Positions 1 to 11,184 are shown, counted from the stretch's first letter. The stretch: 64,000 bases of DNA from Candidatus Eiseniibacteriota bacterium (GCA_041946735.1 JBHGAY010000002.1:201623-265622); one strand, 5' to 3'. Numbers and translations: made by a program. Notes: generated by a model from the sequence alone, not told the origin.

Positions 1-774
1 CGTCGCGACCGCCAGCGCGCGCGAGCGTCCCGACGGGAGGAATCGCAGCAGGATCTTCTCCGAGCGGGGCGTCCGATCGAGCGGAGCGAAGGGGTGTCGC
101 TCCAGGAGCATCTGCTGTCCGGGCTCCCATTCCACGACGCGGAACGGTCCCGCCGCCCGCACGGGGTACCCAGGCTCGCCGAGTCGCGTCTTCCGCTTCT
201 GGCTGCGCGCCCAATCCTCCGCGGAGATCAGGGGAAGCGACGCCAGCTCGAGCGCGCGCGCCCGGGCGAGCGGACGCCGGAACCGGAACAGGACCTCTCC
301 GGTCGACTCGATCGTCTCAACCGACTCGATCTCGTTCAGCCGCGCCGGCCAGGATCCGGCGATCGACGGATCGCGGTAGAGCCGGTAGCTGAGCTGGACG
401 TCGGGCGCCCCGACGGCGGTCGTGTCCTCCCAGAACCGGTTGGGGTCGAGACGAAAGCGCATGCCTCGCCCTCCGTCCTCGAACTGCCAGGTCGTCGCCA
501 GATCGCCGACGTAGTGCGCGTTTTCGAGGCTGTCCCCGTCGATCCGCACGAGGGACGGAAGGATCCAGGGCCAGATCGCCGCGGACGCCGAGCTGCGCGC
601 GAGCGGCGGGACGAGATGGTCGGGCTCTTGAGGGACGACGACCACGAGCGCCGGGTACGTCTCGGCGAAGCGGTCCTCGGCGCTGCCCGCCGCATCTCGC
701 CCCCGCCTCCCACCGCAACCGCCCGCGCTCGCGAGCAGGGCGACCAGGGTGAGCAGGGTCAGCGATCGGGTCAA
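1..774 (-). CDS. ABC transporter substrate-binding lipoprotein, family 5 (oligopeptide-type); runs off the window start
   Basis: Not in the ORF track; translated by hand. TTG start overlaps the aroC stop (TTGA). [20 protein letters not shown] lipobox, then [34 protein letters not shown] and [18 protein letters not shown], typical of SBP_bac_5. Confidence 0.8.
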   Translation of the reverse strand, partial: MTRSLTLLTLVALLASAGGCGGRRGRDAAGSAEDRFAETYPALVVVVPQEPDHLVPPLARSSASAAIWPWILPSLVRIDGDSLENAHYVGDLATTWQFEDGGRGMRFRLDPNRFWEDTTAVGAPDVQLSYRLYRDPSIAGSWPARLNEIESVETIESTGEVLFRFRRPLARARALELASLPLISAEDWARSQKRKTRLGEPGYPVRAAGPFRVVEWEPGQQMLLERHPFAPLDRTPRSEKILLRFLPSGRSRALAVAT

Positions 775-1925
775 GAGGAGGCCTCGCCGGAGGACGCCTC
801 GCCGGGGCGGCGGGCGGCGGCATGCGCGTCGATACGCGCGGCCGCGCCTTCGAGCGCGAGCTGCCGCAGCGCATGGTCGGCCAGGACGATCGCCGCCATC
901 GCTTCGACGATCGGAACCGCTCGAGGGACGACGCAAGGATCGTGACGGCCGGTGGCCGCGAGAATCCGAGCGTTCCCCTCCACGTCGACCGTCTCCTGCT
1001 CCTTGCGGATCGTCGCCGTCGGCTTGAATGCGACGCGCAGCAGGATCGGCTCTCCGTTGGAGATCCCGCCCTGGATGCCGCCGCTTCGATTGGAGACGGC
1101 GCGCACCCGCTCGCCGTCCCTCCGGAAGGGATCGTTGTGCGCCGATCCGGTCATGCGCGCGCCGGAGAAGCCCGATCCGCTCTCGAATCCCTTCGCCGCC
1201 GGAATGGACAGCATCGCGCGGCCGAGATCCGCTTCGAGCTTGTCGAAGACGGGCTCTCCCCATCCCGGCGGAACGCCGCGCGCGGCGAGGGCGACGACGC
1301 CGCCGAGCGAGTCGCCTTCGCGACGCGCCTGCTCGATCCGGCCGGTGATCGTCGCGGCGGCCGCGGGATCCGGACAACGGGTCGGATCGGCGTCGACGTC
1401 CGCACGGCGCAGCGTCGCGGCGTCGACGCCGGCGGCTGCGATTCCCCCGATCTCGTCGACCCAGCCGACGAGATCGACTCCGAACGCCGCGGCGAGCAGC
1501 TTCTCTGCGATCGCGCCCGCCGCGACCCGTCCGACCGTCTCCCGGGCGCTCGCCCTTCCGCCGCCGGATGCGCTGGCGATCCCATACTTCGCGTGGTAGG
1601 TGAAGTCGGCATGCGAGGGGCGGAAGACGCCGGCGAGGGCGCGGTAGTCCGACGGCTTCGCATCCTCGTTCTCGACGAGCAGGAGGATCGGCGTGCCGAG
1701 CGTGAGGCCGTCCTGAACGCCGGAGAGGATGCGAATCCGGTCCGCCTCGCGCCGCGCGCTGGTCAGCCGGCTCTGTCCCGGCCGGCGCCGGTCGAGCTGC
1801 GCCTGCACGTCGTCCTCGGAGAGCGCGAGCCGCGGCGGGCATCCGTCCACGACCGCGCCGACCGCGGCCCCGTGGCTCTCTCCCCACGTCGTCACGCGGA
1901 ACAGCCTGCCGATCGTGCTCGCCAT
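771..1925 (-). CDS. aroC: chorismate synthase
   Basis: [50 protein letters not shown] motifs; GGGGAGG RBS upstream. Confidence 0.97.
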   Translation of the reverse strand: MASTIGRLFRVTTWGESHGAAVGAVVDGCPPRLALSEDDVQAQLDRRRPGQSRLTSARREADRIRILSGVQDGLTLGTPILLLVENEDAKPSDYRALAGVFRPSHADFTYHAKYGIASASGGGRASARETVGRVAAGAIAEKLLAAAFGVDLVGWVDEIGGIAAAGVDAATLRRADVDADPTRCPDPAAAATITGRIEQARREGDSLGGVVALAARGVPPGWGEPVFDKLEADLGRAMLSIPAAKGFESGSGFSGARMTGSAHNDPFRRDGERVRAVSNRSGGIQGGISNGEPILLRVAFKPTATIRKEQETVDVEGNARILAATGRHDPCVVPRAVPIVEAMAAIVLADHALRQLALEGAAARIDAHAAARRPGEASSGEASS

Positions 1926-2209
1926 GAACCGACCTCCCCTCGAAAGGGCTGGACTTTCCATCGCCCGCTGCGGAAGGACCACCCTCGCCACACCACGCGG
2001 CCTGCGGAAGGATCTCCTTCGCCCGCGACCTCGGGCGAGGGTAGCGCGGCCGGCCGAGCCGGGCCAATCGAACGTTCCCCGCATGGCGCGCGGCCGCACG
2101 ACTTGGGTGCGGAGGACTGCGTCCGGTAGCCTGGAGGAAGGAGGGCGCGAGACGCGTTCCATGTATGCCGTCTCGCTCCCCACCGGCCGCGGAAAGGCTC
2201 GAAACGACC

Positions 2210-3319
2210 ATGAAAGCGATCGCGGTGAGGCCGGGAGTGAAGAGGTCGGCGAGGCTCGTCGACCGTCCGGTGCCTCGAATTCTTGCGGCGGACGAGGTCA
2301 AGGCGAAGGTTCTCCACGTGGGCGTGTGCGGAACCGATCGCGATGAGATCGAAGGCGGCCGCGCCAAGCCACCCGAAGGGTCGGAGGATCTCGTCATCGG
2401 TCACGAGATGCTCGGACAGGTCGTCGAGATCGGCGGAGCGGTGCAGGGCGTCCGTCCCGGAGATCGCGTCGTCTTCACGGTTCGTCGCGGTTGCGGCCGC
2501 TGCCGCCCTTGCCGCCTCGGCCGGTCGGATCTCTGCCGAACCGGGCTCTACCGCGAGCGGGGCATCTGGGGACTGGACGGCTATCAGACGGAGTTCGCGG
2601 TCGAGCGCGAGCAGAACGTGGTGCACGTTCCGGACGCCGCGGGCCGCGCCGCCGTTCTCACCGAGCCGCTCTCGATCGTCGAGAAGGTGATCGAGGAAAT
2701 GATCCGGGTGCAGGCGAACCGCCTGCCGGACTGGTCGAGGGGGGAAGCGCCGCTTCGGGGTCGCCACTGCCTGGTCGCCGGTCTCGGTCCGGTCGGCCTT
2801 CTCGCGGCGCTCGTGCTCCACCTTCGCGGCGCGGAGGTGTTCGGTCTCGACATCCTCGATGCGGACGCGGCGCGTCCCCGCTGGCTCGCTTCGATCGGCG
2901 GCACCTACATCGACGGCCGGGAAGTCCCGCCCGATCGCCTCGACGAGAAGATCGGAGCGATGAACATGATCGTCGAGGCGACCGGGGTCCCGGGGCTCGC
3001 GTTGAACCTCCTCGACGCGCTCGACCGTGACGGGATCTACGGGCTCACCGGAATCCCAGACGGCGCGGGCCTGATCCGCGTGCCCGGAGCCGAGCTGATG
3101 CGTCAGCTCGTCCTTCAGAACCAGGTGATGATGGGGAGCGTGAACGCCTCGAAGTCGCACTTCGCTGCGGCGGTCGCGGATCTCGCGCTCGCGGAGCGGG
3201 TCCTGCCGGGCAAGTGCGACGAGATGATCACCGGAAGCGTGCCGTTCGACCGCTTCGAGGACGCATTCGACAACCCGTCGGCCGATTCGATCAAGACCCT
3301 CATCGACTGGAATCCCTAG
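2210..3319 (+). CDS. Zn-dependent MDR-family glucose 1-dehydrogenase-like enzyme
   Basis: MKAIAV start, GVCGTD, IGHE, structural Zn CGRCRPC..C, GLGPVG, GSVNAS. Confidence 0.85.
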   Translation: MKAIAVRPGVKRSARLVDRPVPRILAADEVKAKVLHVGVCGTDRDEIEGGRAKPPEGSEDLVIGHEMLGQVVEIGGAVQGVRPGDRVVFTVRRGCGRCRPCRLGRSDLCRTGLYRERGIWGLDGYQTEFAVEREQNVVHVPDAAGRAAVLTEPLSIVEKVIEEMIRVQANRLPDWSRGEAPLRGRHCLVAGLGPVGLLAALVLHLRGAEVFGLDILDADAARPRWLASIGGTYIDGREVPPDRLDEKIGAMNMIVEATGVPGLALNLLDALDRDGIYGLTGIPDGAGLIRVPGAELMRQLVLQNQVMMGSVNASKSHFAAAVADLALAERVLPGKCDEMITGSVPFDRFEDAFDNPSADSIKTLIDWNP

Positions 3320-3337
3320 CCGGCGCCACCGGTGAGA

Positions 3338-3379
3338 GCGAAGAGGCGCGCCCGTCGCAGCGGATGCGCGCCTCTTCGC
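3338..3379. terminator. 14-bp inverted repeat between convergent genes
   Basis: GCGAAGAGGCGCGC...GCGCGCCTCTTCGC perfect stem; no U-tract. Confidence 0.5.
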
Positions 3380-3457
3380 GTGGTTCGGCTCGGCGGCGCC
3401 GCTTGCGCGTACGCCGGGGATCGACGAGCGGGGATCGACGAGCGGGCGCGCCCGGTC

Positions 3458-3949
3458 TCAGCCGAGCGGGGGCGCGGTCGCCGTCTGGGACGGCACCTCG
3501 AAGCGCGGCTCCGCCTTCTCCAGCTCCTGGTACTGCCGCTGCATCTCCGTTCCGAGCTGCTCGAGCTTCTTCTCGTCGACGATCTTCTCGACCTTCGGGA
3601 AGAGGGTCTTCTCCTCCTCCTTCACGTGATGGTCGACGAGGTCCTTCAGGACCTTCATCTTCGCGTCGTAGGTTTCGTCGGTCGGGTCGAGGTCGAGCAG
3701 GTCGGCGATCACTCGCTTGACGGCGAGGTGCTCCTCGAGCGATTCGAGCAGAATCTCCTGGGTATTCTCCGCCTTGATGCCCGGATAGAACGTGTTCTCC
3801 TCGATCGACGCGTGGCCCGCGAGCCGGTCGGCGATCTTCTCGAAGAGTTCCTGCTTGGTTTTGTGCGCCTTCTCCCCTGCCGCTTCGTACCTGGTGAAGA
3901 GCTCCTCGACTTCACGATGCTGCTTCTTCAGCAACTCGATCGCGTTCAC
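3458..3949 (-). CDS. hemerythrin (HHE) domain protein
   Basis: LLKKQHREVEELF, HASIEENTFYP, EEH, HHVKEEEKTLFP. Confidence 0.9.
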   Translation of the reverse strand: MNAIELLKKQHREVEELFTRYEAAGEKAHKTKQELFEKIADRLAGHASIEENTFYPGIKAENTQEILLESLEEHLAVKRVIADLLDLDPTDETYDAKMKVLKDLVDHHVKEEEKTLFPKVEKIVDEKKLEQLGTEMQRQYQELEKAEPRFEVPSQTATAPPLG

Positions 3950-4392
3950 GTCTCCTCCTTTCGCTCGTCTGCGCGAGCTCGCCCTCGTTCGCTCTCGCCG
4001 GCGCCTCCGCTTCGCGCGAAAGGCAGGCCGCTTCTCCGTCGCCTCCGTCCTCCGCCATCGCAGTCTTTCGCGATCCCAAACTCTCTATCTTTACCTCTAA
4101 CAGAGCCCCCCACGTCTCCCAACCCAAAGCGGATTCATGAGAGCGATGTAAGGCACTCGCCGCCCCGCGCGCGATCCGGAGACGGCCGGCCGCGAGGGTT
4201 GGGCTTTCGCCGCGAGCGACCTCCCTCGCGCAACCTCCCCCGTGCCCCGCGCGGCCTCCCGCCCGCGCCCTTGAGGGCCGGCCGTCGGGGTGGTAGCGTC
4301 CTCAACGGTTTGGCGACATCGGTTCCCGGGAACGCGTTTCGGCGGTTCTCGCTTCGTTTGGCGCCCGCCTTCCGGCATCCCGACGCGGCCCG

Positions 4393-6171
4393 ATGCGATC
4401 CCGAACCTGGGTTCGATCGATCTCGAGGCCGGCATTCCAGGAGAAGAAGAAGCTGCCCACTCTGACCCATCGCGCGAAGGCCGATCGCCTCGCCTATCTG
4501 CTCCAGGTCGCTCGCGATCTGGAGCGTTTCGCGCCCGACGAGGACGCCGACCGCATGCTCCGTCACGTCCACCGCGGACTGGGCAAGCAGCTCGGCGCGG
4601 ACCTGGGCTTCGCCTGGCGGCTCGATCGCGGCGTCACGATCCAGGCCACCTACCACCTCTGCTGGACGGCGAAGGGGGAGAAGCGGCTCGCTTCCGCGCC
4701 GCGGGAATCGCTGAGCGAGGAGGCGCTTCGCTTCGCGCGCGACCGGAAGTCGCCGCCCGATCCTGCTCTCCTTCTCACCGTCGTGGAGTCTGCCGGGCGG
4801 CCGATCGGAGTGCTCGCGTTCCTCCGTCCTGGAAAGGCGTTCGGCCGCTCCGACGCGCTCTTCGCCGCTGACGCGGCCGAAATCCTGGGGCGCTCGCTCA
4901 CGCATCGCGAGCAGGAGAGGCTCTTCGAGGTCCGCGAGCGGATTCTGCGCAAGGTCCTGCTGCAGCTGCGCCCGGCCGACGTCCTCTATCAGGTGCTGCA
5001 CGGACTGAAGCGCCTCCTGCGCTTCGACCATTCCGCGAGCGTGCAGACCTTCGATCCGGTCGAGTCGACGCTGACCGTCCGGGCGGAGACGATCGCGTGG
5101 ACGAAGGCGAAGAGCCGGCGGATCGGCGAGATGGTCGAGATCGATGCCGCCAGCCGGGCGTTCCTCGGGAGGATCGAGCGCTCGCTTCTTCTCGATCCGT
5201 CGAAGCCGCCCGGCGATCTCCCTGCTCCGCTGCTCGAATCGTTTTGCGGCTCCGGTCCCGGCGTGCCCCCCGCGAGGTCGATCATCCTGGCGACGCTGGG
5301 CGGCCCCGACGGGCTCGTCGGAGTCCTCGTGATCCGGGATCTCGCCTCCGGCGCCTTCGTGCCGGCCGATCAGGCGACGATCGATTCGTTCCTCCACATC
5401 CTGTCGGCGACGGCGCGCCACTACGAGTTCTTCCGGCAGCAGCAGACGCGACTGCTCGAAGCGGAGCGGCGCACCGCGCTCGGCGATCTGGCTCGCGCGA
5501 TTTCGCACGACCTCAACAACGCCTTCGGGGTGATCCAGCCTCTGCTCGAGACGCTGCGGCGTGAGGCGGAGGCAGGGACGATCGATCCCGCAAGGCTGCA
5601 GATGGATCTCGAGGTGCTCGAGCAGTACGTCGCCACCTCGCTGCGGATCTTCCAGGGACTGCTCTCGTTCTCGCGCGGCTCCATCGAGCCGGCGCGCGAG
5701 CTGCAGTTGCAGGACTGTCTGGAGTCGGTGCTCGCCCTGCTCGCGCGTAGCTTCGAGGCGCAGGGGATCTCTACGGTCCGGCGGATCGACGGCGATTTCC
5801 CGCGATTCCATGCCCGGCGCCAGGACATGGAGCAGCTCTTCCTGAACCTCCTCACGAACGCGCGCGAAAGCATGCCGGACGGCGGGACGCTGACGATCGA
5901 GGCGGCCGTGGAGCCGGGCCCCGATGGCGAATCGTTGCACATTCAGATCCACGACACCGGGGTCGGGATCCCCGAGGATCTGCTGCCGCGCATCTTCGAG
6001 CCGTTCTTCACGACGAAGCGCGGCGGGACCGGCCTCGGCCTCGACGTCTGCCGGTCGATCGTGTGGGAATACGATGGCCAGCTCTGGCTCCAGTCGAAGC
6101 TCGGGCGCGGAACGACCGCGCACGTGCGCCTGCCGCGCCAGCCGCGCCGCCGCGAGGAGCCCGAAACGTGA
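4393..6171 (+). CDS. cytoplasmic GAF-domain sensor histidine kinase
   Basis: Two GAF-like regions; H-box ISHDLNN, N-box NLLTNARE, DTGVGI, FEPFFTTK, GTGLGL. Start codon uncertain. Confidence 0.88.
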   Translation: MRSRTWVRSISRPAFQEKKKLPTLTHRAKADRLAYLLQVARDLERFAPDEDADRMLRHVHRGLGKQLGADLGFAWRLDRGVTIQATYHLCWTAKGEKRLASAPRESLSEEALRFARDRKSPPDPALLLTVVESAGRPIGVLAFLRPGKAFGRSDALFAADAAEILGRSLTHREQERLFEVRERILRKVLLQLRPADVLYQVLHGLKRLLRFDHSASVQTFDPVESTLTVRAETIAWTKAKSRRIGEMVEIDAASRAFLGRIERSLLLDPSKPPGDLPAPLLESFCGSGPGVPPARSIILATLGGPDGLVGVLVIRDLASGAFVPADQATIDSFLHILSATARHYEFFRQQQTRLLEAERRTALGDLARAISHDLNNAFGVIQPLLETLRREAEAGTIDPARLQMDLEVLEQYVATSLRIFQGLLSFSRGSIEPARELQLQDCLESVLALLARSFEAQGISTVRRIDGDFPRFHARRQDMEQLFLNLLTNARESMPDGGTLTIEAAVEPGPDGESLHIQIHDTGVGIPEDLLPRIFEPFFTTKRGGTGLGLDVCRSIVWEYDGQLWLQSKLGRGTTAHVRLPRQPRRREEPET

Positions 6172-6199
6172 GGCCGCGGAAAGCGGAGGAGGCAAGCTC

Positions 6200-7453
6200 G
6201 TGAGCGTCCCCCCCGATTCCCAGGCGAGCGAGGGGCGGGAGAACGACGCGCCCGACGCCGCGCCCGACAGCACGCCCGACGCCGCGCGCGACCTCACGCC
6301 CGACGCCGCGCCTCCGTTCCGCCGGTCGGTCCTGGTCGTGGACGACGAGCCCGGCCTCCGGTACACCGCCCGGAGAATTCTCGAGCCCGGCTACGAAGTG
6401 ATCGACGCGAAGAGCGGGGAGGAGGCGCTCGACCGGCTCGGCGAGCGGAGCTTCCATATCGCGCTCGTCGACGTTCGCCTGCCCGGGCTGAGCGGCCTCG
6501 AGTTGCTGGCGGCGATCAAGGTCCTCTCCCCTTCGACCGACGTCGTCATCATGACCGGATCGGCGAAGGATCCGGACGAGGCGCTCCTCGGATCGATCCG
6601 CCGCAAGGCGTTCTTCTTCCTGCAGAAGCCGTTCAGCGCCGCCGTGCTTCGCACGCTCGTCGACCGGATCGCCGAGACGCAGGTTCTCGAGGAGCGCGTG
6701 AAGCAGCACGCGGCCCGGCTCGAGGAGGATCTCGAAAGCGCGAGGATCTTTCAGCGCGCGCTCATCCCGTCGCTCCCCTGGAAGGGGGATCGCATCGTCA
6801 TCGATGGCATCTACGTCGGATGCGAGCAGCTCAGCGGCGATCTCATCGATTGCTTCAGCCTTCCCTCGGGCGGAGGCTCGCTTCTGCTCGCCGCCGACAT
6901 CATGGGGCACGGAGCGTCGGCAGCGATGATGACCGGGATGGTGAAAGGCCAGTTCCGCGCCGCGGCCGCGCAGCATGCCGACCCCGAGGCGCTGCTCCGC
7001 GCCGCCGACGAGGTCCTGCACGGATTCCAGCTCCAGCGATTCCTGACGGCGCTCGTCGTCCTCGACGATCCGGAGGGCGGCACCGTTCGCTACGCGGGCG
7101 CCGGACATCCTCCAGGCTTCCTCCGTCTTCCCGGCGGGAAGGTGGAACGTCTCGAGAGCGACGGCCCGCCACTGAACCTCCACCTGCCCGATCCGATCGA
7201 ACGCTGCGGCCGGATCCTCCCCCGCGAACCGGGCAGCCGGCTGCTGCTGTGGACCGATGGTCTGGGCGATGCGCTTTCACCGTCCGGAGAGCGGTTCCAG
7301 GAGACGCCGGAGTTCGCGAGCGCGATCGAGGCGGCGCTCGCGTGCGACAATCCCTCGGCCGCGCGGGCGGAGATCGAGGCGGCGCTCTTCGCGCACACCG
7401 CCCATCGGGCACAAGAGGACGATTGGGCGTTCCTCATTGCGGCGCTCGAGTAG
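6200..7453 (+). CDS. response regulator receiver fused to PP2C/SpoIIE phosphatase
   Basis: GTG start after GGAGGAGG; VVDDE, DVRLPG, QKPF receiver motifs; SGDLID, ADIMGHG, WTDGL, EDD phosphatase motifs. Confidence 0.9.
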   Translation: MSVPPDSQASEGRENDAPDAAPDSTPDAARDLTPDAAPPFRRSVLVVDDEPGLRYTARRILEPGYEVIDAKSGEEALDRLGERSFHIALVDVRLPGLSGLELLAAIKVLSPSTDVVIMTGSAKDPDEALLGSIRRKAFFFLQKPFSAAVLRTLVDRIAETQVLEERVKQHAARLEEDLESARIFQRALIPSLPWKGDRIVIDGIYVGCEQLSGDLIDCFSLPSGGGSLLLAADIMGHGASAAMMTGMVKGQFRAAAAQHADPEALLRAADEVLHGFQLQRFLTALVVLDDPEGGTVRYAGAGHPPGFLRLPGGKVERLESDGPPLNLHLPDPIERCGRILPREPGSRLLLWTDGLGDALSPSGERFQETPEFASAIEAALACDNPSAARAEIEAALFAHTAHRAQEDDWAFLIAALE

Positions 7454-7651
7454 GGGACGCACCAGTTGGCGTGCCGCACCCATGGCTTCACAGCAGGTCG
7501 GAATAATCGCGAATGACGAGTCGGCAAGGTGCAAAACGACCGACTTGATCCCGGCGGTGCCGTGCGGAACCACGAAGCGTTGTGGAACAGCAGCGCTTCC
7601 CGGTCCCGCAGGAAGTCGCGGTGATCGCGCAAAAGGCCAGGATCCCCGGCG

Positions 7652-9013
7652 CTACTGGCGCCGCAGTCCGTCCAGGAATCCCGCGTCCACCCAGTACATG
7701 TCGCCGGCCAGACAGAAGAAGAGGTATCGACCGTCGGGAGAGAGTGCCGCCTGCCCGACGGGCGGAATGCCGAGCTTGTCGTCGAGCCGGACGATCGAGC
7801 CCCAGGATCCATCCGGCTTGCGGAAGCAGACATAGAGCCCCGCGCCCGGATTCCGGTAGGTGTCGAAGAGCAGGAGGCTCTCGTCCGGCGTGATGAAGGG
7901 GTGCGCGTCCGGAGCCTCCGAGTTCACGTCGCCGGGAATCACTTCGGGCTCGCCATAGGACGCCTCGGAGATCGTTGTGTCCCTCCCTTCGGAGCCCGGC
8001 GCTCCCTGCCCGGCCGGAGTCCTGCGGACGATGACGCCGTAGTCAGGACGGCCCGTGATCTCGGTGTAGTAGAGAACTCCGTCCCGCGTCGCCGTCGCAT
8101 ACATTCCGGTGAACAGCCTCTCCGCGGCTCCCCATCGGTCGCCGGCGCGCGGCGCGGCATAGATCGTGCGCTCTTCCCGCATTCCCTTCCGCCCGCAGAA
8201 GAAGATCGTCCGCCCGTTCGGGGCGACGCTGGCTTCCTCTGTCAGATAGGGATCCTCGAGCAGACGCACCGGCTCGGGAGCAGTCCACCCATCCTCGTTC
8301 CACCGGCACACCAGCGTTCCGACCAGCGACCGCGAGAAGTAGATCTCGCGGCCGTCCGGCGCGAAGGTGATCGAGTACTCGTGGTCGGTGGTCGAGACGA
8401 TCCCGGGCGCGAACACCTCCGGTCGCGTGGCTGGAGGCCTCTGGCCCAGATACGGCCCTTGGAGGCCGGTGCTCGCGCCCGGGGAGTGTTTCCCCTCCAT
8501 CGCGAGCTGGATGCGCACGGTTGCGAGGAGCGCATCGAGATGATCTCGCATCCACGCGAGATCGCTGCGCTCCGGGTTCATCTGCGCGGCTCGCGCAAAC
8601 GCAGCCCTAGCCTGCTCCTCTCTTGCGACCGCCAGATAGGCGGTCGCCAGCTCTGCGGCGAGCGGAGGCGAGTCGGCGTAGACGTTCGCGAGCAGCTCGA
8701 TCAGAGCGAGCGAATCCCCCTTCCGGCCCTGCTGCTTCAGGCGCGCCGGAATCTCGCGCGCGAGCTGGTACATGTCGATCTCGTAGGCGCCGGTCGTGTC
8801 CGCGAGGATTCCACGCAATCGCTCGATCGCCGCATCGATGCCTTCGTCGAGGAGAGCCTTCTCGAAGATCATCGCCGCCGAGGCGGGCGGCGTGCCGGCG
8901 GGTGCCGGATCGGTTCGCTCCGGCTGGGCGATGCCCGTGCTGCTGAAGATCGCGCAGGCCGCTCCCATCAGGAAGACTGCGGGGAGCCTGGAGAACACGG
9001 TTCCCGTTCTCAT
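7652..9013 (-). CDS. secreted protein with helical/TPR-like N-domain and PD40 (TolB-like) beta-propeller
   Basis: Signal peptide; GPYLGQRPP..PEVFAPGIVST, FAPDGREIYFSR, PFITPDESLLLF, LSPDGRYLFF. Confidence 0.82.
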   Translation of the reverse strand: MRTGTVFSRLPAVFLMGAACAIFSSTGIAQPERTDPAPAGTPPASAAMIFEKALLDEGIDAAIERLRGILADTTGAYEIDMYQLAREIPARLKQQGRKGDSLALIELLANVYADSPPLAAELATAYLAVAREEQARAAFARAAQMNPERSDLAWMRDHLDALLATVRIQLAMEGKHSPGASTGLQGPYLGQRPPATRPEVFAPGIVSTTDHEYSITFAPDGREIYFSRSLVGTLVCRWNEDGWTAPEPVRLLEDPYLTEEASVAPNGRTIFFCGRKGMREERTIYAAPRAGDRWGAAERLFTGMYATATRDGVLYYTEITGRPDYGVIVRRTPAGQGAPGSEGRDTTISEASYGEPEVIPGDVNSEAPDAHPFITPDESLLLFDTYRNPGAGLYVCFRKPDGSWGSIVRLDDKLGIPPVGQAALSPDGRYLFFCLAGDMYWVDAGFLDGLRRQ

Positions 9014-9063
9014 CGTTTCCCCCTTCCCCGGCCGTCCGGAGCCGGCCGGCGGTGGCGATCGAG

Positions 9064-10599
9064 CTACTCGAAGTGCTTCGCAGCGCCCCAGGCCTCCCGC
9101 AGCGGAAGGAGCGGCGCGCGCGCGATCCAGATCGGCGCCCCGTCCTCCACGCAGAGTCCGCATTCGAAGGAGCCGGCGGGCTGGACCTCCGCGAAGAACA
9201 CCTGCAGGTCCTCCCGTGAGTCTCCGATCGCGACCCACGTGGAGACGCTGTCGTCCCGACCCGGTCCCCAGAGCCAGTAGCTGTTGTGCCCGCTGATCGC
9301 CGGCGGCATGCCGCGCCTGGCCCCCAGAATGTTCACCGCGCTCGCCTCCCCGTAGTTGGAGGCCGCGATGGCCGCGTGCCCGCGTTGCGAGGCCGGTAGC
9401 GCCGCGACGACGCGGTCGAGATCCTCGACCAACTTCTGCCATCCGAGCCGGTCGGCGAGGAGCTGCGGAAGCTCGAGCACCTTGCCTCGCTCCATCTCCA
9501 TCTGCAGGTGCAGGGTTTTCGTCCAGGCGGCCGTCGTCATGGGCGGCAGGACCGGCAGGCAGATCGGCAGCAGGGCCAGGGCCGAGGCGGCAAGGATCGC
9601 GCCGTAACCCCAGCCGGCCGCGCGGCGAGCGACGCGCCCGAGGCGGACGCCGCTCAGCGCGGCCGCCCCGGCGGCGAACATCATCGGATACGCGCCCGCG
9701 ATCCGGTCGGGGCGGCTGGAGCCGCTCGCGACCAGCAGGACGAGGAGCAGCAAGAATGTCCATCCGAGGGACCGGAAGCGTCGCGCCGCGGGCGCGAAGA
9801 GGCACCAGGCGAGTCCCGCCGCCCAGAGCGGAAAAGTCAGTGGATGGAGCGTGACGATCTGCTCGATGACGACGGCGTGGGGCGGAGTCGGAACGTTCTT
9901 GTACAGGTCGGCGTTGCGGTAGAACTCGAGCGACGGGAAGCCGTGGGCCGCCTGCCACGCGAGATTCGGGATCGTCAGCGCCGCGGCGAGAGCGGCGCCG
10001 AGCCACACGCCCGGGCTGCGCAACACGTTTCGGGAGGGGGAGAGGAACAGCCCGATGACGAGCACGACGCCGAACATGCCCGTCGTGTGCTTGTTCAGGA
10101 TCCCGAGCCCCAGCGTCGCGCCGATCAGGATCCACCGCCTCGGCGAAGGATCGCGCAGATTCCGCACGAGCAGGAACGCCAGCAGCGTCCAGGTCAGGAC
10201 CTCGAGGGCGTTCATCGAATAGAACCCGCAGATCGCGCGCAGAATCGGCGCGCAGGCGGCGGCGAGAGCGGCAAGCGTCGTCGCGCCTCGTCGAGCCCCA
10301 AGGTCCGACGCCATTCGCCCGGTGAGCCACACGGTCGCGCCCGCCGCCAGAGCCGGCACCAGGCGTATCGCGAAGATCCCGTGGTCGAAGAGCGCCACGA
10401 CCGACAGAATCCAGATGGACAAGGGGGGATGGTCCACGTACCCGAGAGCCGGATGCCGCGCGCAGACGAGGTAGTACAGCTCGTCGCGAAAGTACTCCCA
10501 ACCGAAGAGACCGAGGTTGCTGGCGAGGTGGAGGACCACCGTCGCCGCGGCGAGGGTCAGAACGGAGCGAGGGGTTTCGGGCACTGCTTCCGCCGTCAT
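9064..10599 (-). CDS. GT39/ArnT-like (PMT_2) membrane glycosyltransferase
   Basis: YFRDELYY, GYVDHPPL, LNKHT, PNLAWQ, SGHNSYWLWG; many TM segments. Confidence 0.88.
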   Translation of the reverse strand: MTAEAVPETPRSVLTLAAATVVLHLASNLGLFGWEYFRDELYYLVCARHPALGYVDHPPLSIWILSVVALFDHGIFAIRLVPALAAGATVWLTGRMASDLGARRGATTLAALAAACAPILRAICGFYSMNALEVLTWTLLAFLLVRNLRDPSPRRWILIGATLGLGILNKHTTGMFGVVLVIGLFLSPSRNVLRSPGVWLGAALAAALTIPNLAWQAAHGFPSLEFYRNADLYKNVPTPPHAVVIEQIVTLHPLTFPLWAAGLAWCLFAPAARRFRSLGWTFLLLLVLLVASGSSRPDRIAGAYPMMFAAGAAALSGVRLGRVARRAAGWGYGAILAASALALLPICLPVLPPMTTAAWTKTLHLQMEMERGKVLELPQLLADRLGWQKLVEDLDRVVAALPASQRGHAAIAASNYGEASAVNILGARRGMPPAISGHNSYWLWGPGRDDSVSTWVAIGDSREDLQVFFAEVQPAGSFECGLCVEDGAPIWIARAPLLPLREAWGAAKHFE

Positions 10600-10671
10600 G
10601 TCCAAGTCCCGGTGGAGAGTAGCAGATGCGGGACGAGGGCGTAGGAGCGACGACTCGATCTCGTGACGACT

Positions 10672-10766
10672 CGAGCTGCGAGGATGGACTCGACACGCAA
10701 CGCGACCTGATGTCCGAGCCACACGGCGAGGAGGCCGGCTCCGTTGGTCAGGACGACGTACGCCGA
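10672..10766 (-). repeat. 95-bp duplicate of the crcB 3' end (other copy 11168-11262)
   Basis: Direct alignment gives 5 mismatches in 95 bp; the stop TAG is GAG in this copy. Confidence 0.92.
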
Positions 10767-10769
10767 GTC

Positions 10770-10979
10770 AGAAGGAGAACTTGCGCCGGGCGGACGCGGC
10801 ATCGACGTGTCGGAGCGGCGTTCGACGGCGGTCGGAGACGACATCGAAGCGTCCCGGAGGCTCACTGGGGAAACCGAGAGGAGACACGACGTGTCTCCGG
10901 CGACACCGGCGGCGGGCGGGGCGAGCATCGACGGGCCGAAGCGACGGCCAGCGCCGGGCGGGGCGAGCATCGAAGCATC
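10770..10979. repeat. five degenerate 42-bp tandem units
   Basis: Minus-frame translation shows an exact 14-aa period: DASMLAPPGAGRRF / GPSMLAPPAAGVAG / DTSCLLSVSPVSLR / DASMSSPTAVERRS / DTSMPRPPGASSPS. Confidence 0.7.
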
Positions 10980-11184
10980 GATTCCCGATCCGACGGAGTC
11001 CGAATCGCAAGTCAACGCGTCCCTGCTGCTTTCGCCCGGTTTCCTGCGTCCTGGTGAACGGACCTGCCGAGCCACGGCGACCGTCCTGTCGACAGCGTAA
11101 GCGCCGCATGGCGCTATCGACCCTTGCGGATCGGCCGCGGTCGTGACAAGCCGCCCCGCAGCGCGGACGAGCTGTGAGGATGGA

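Noticed and set aside
7454..7651. Lower-GC stretch between convergent genes with a short hairpin and a possible small ORF
   Set aside because: No RBS, motif or convincing structure.
10770..10979. Periodic region as a CRISPR array
   Set aside because: Units are too degenerate, the 42-bp period is too short, and no cas genes are present.
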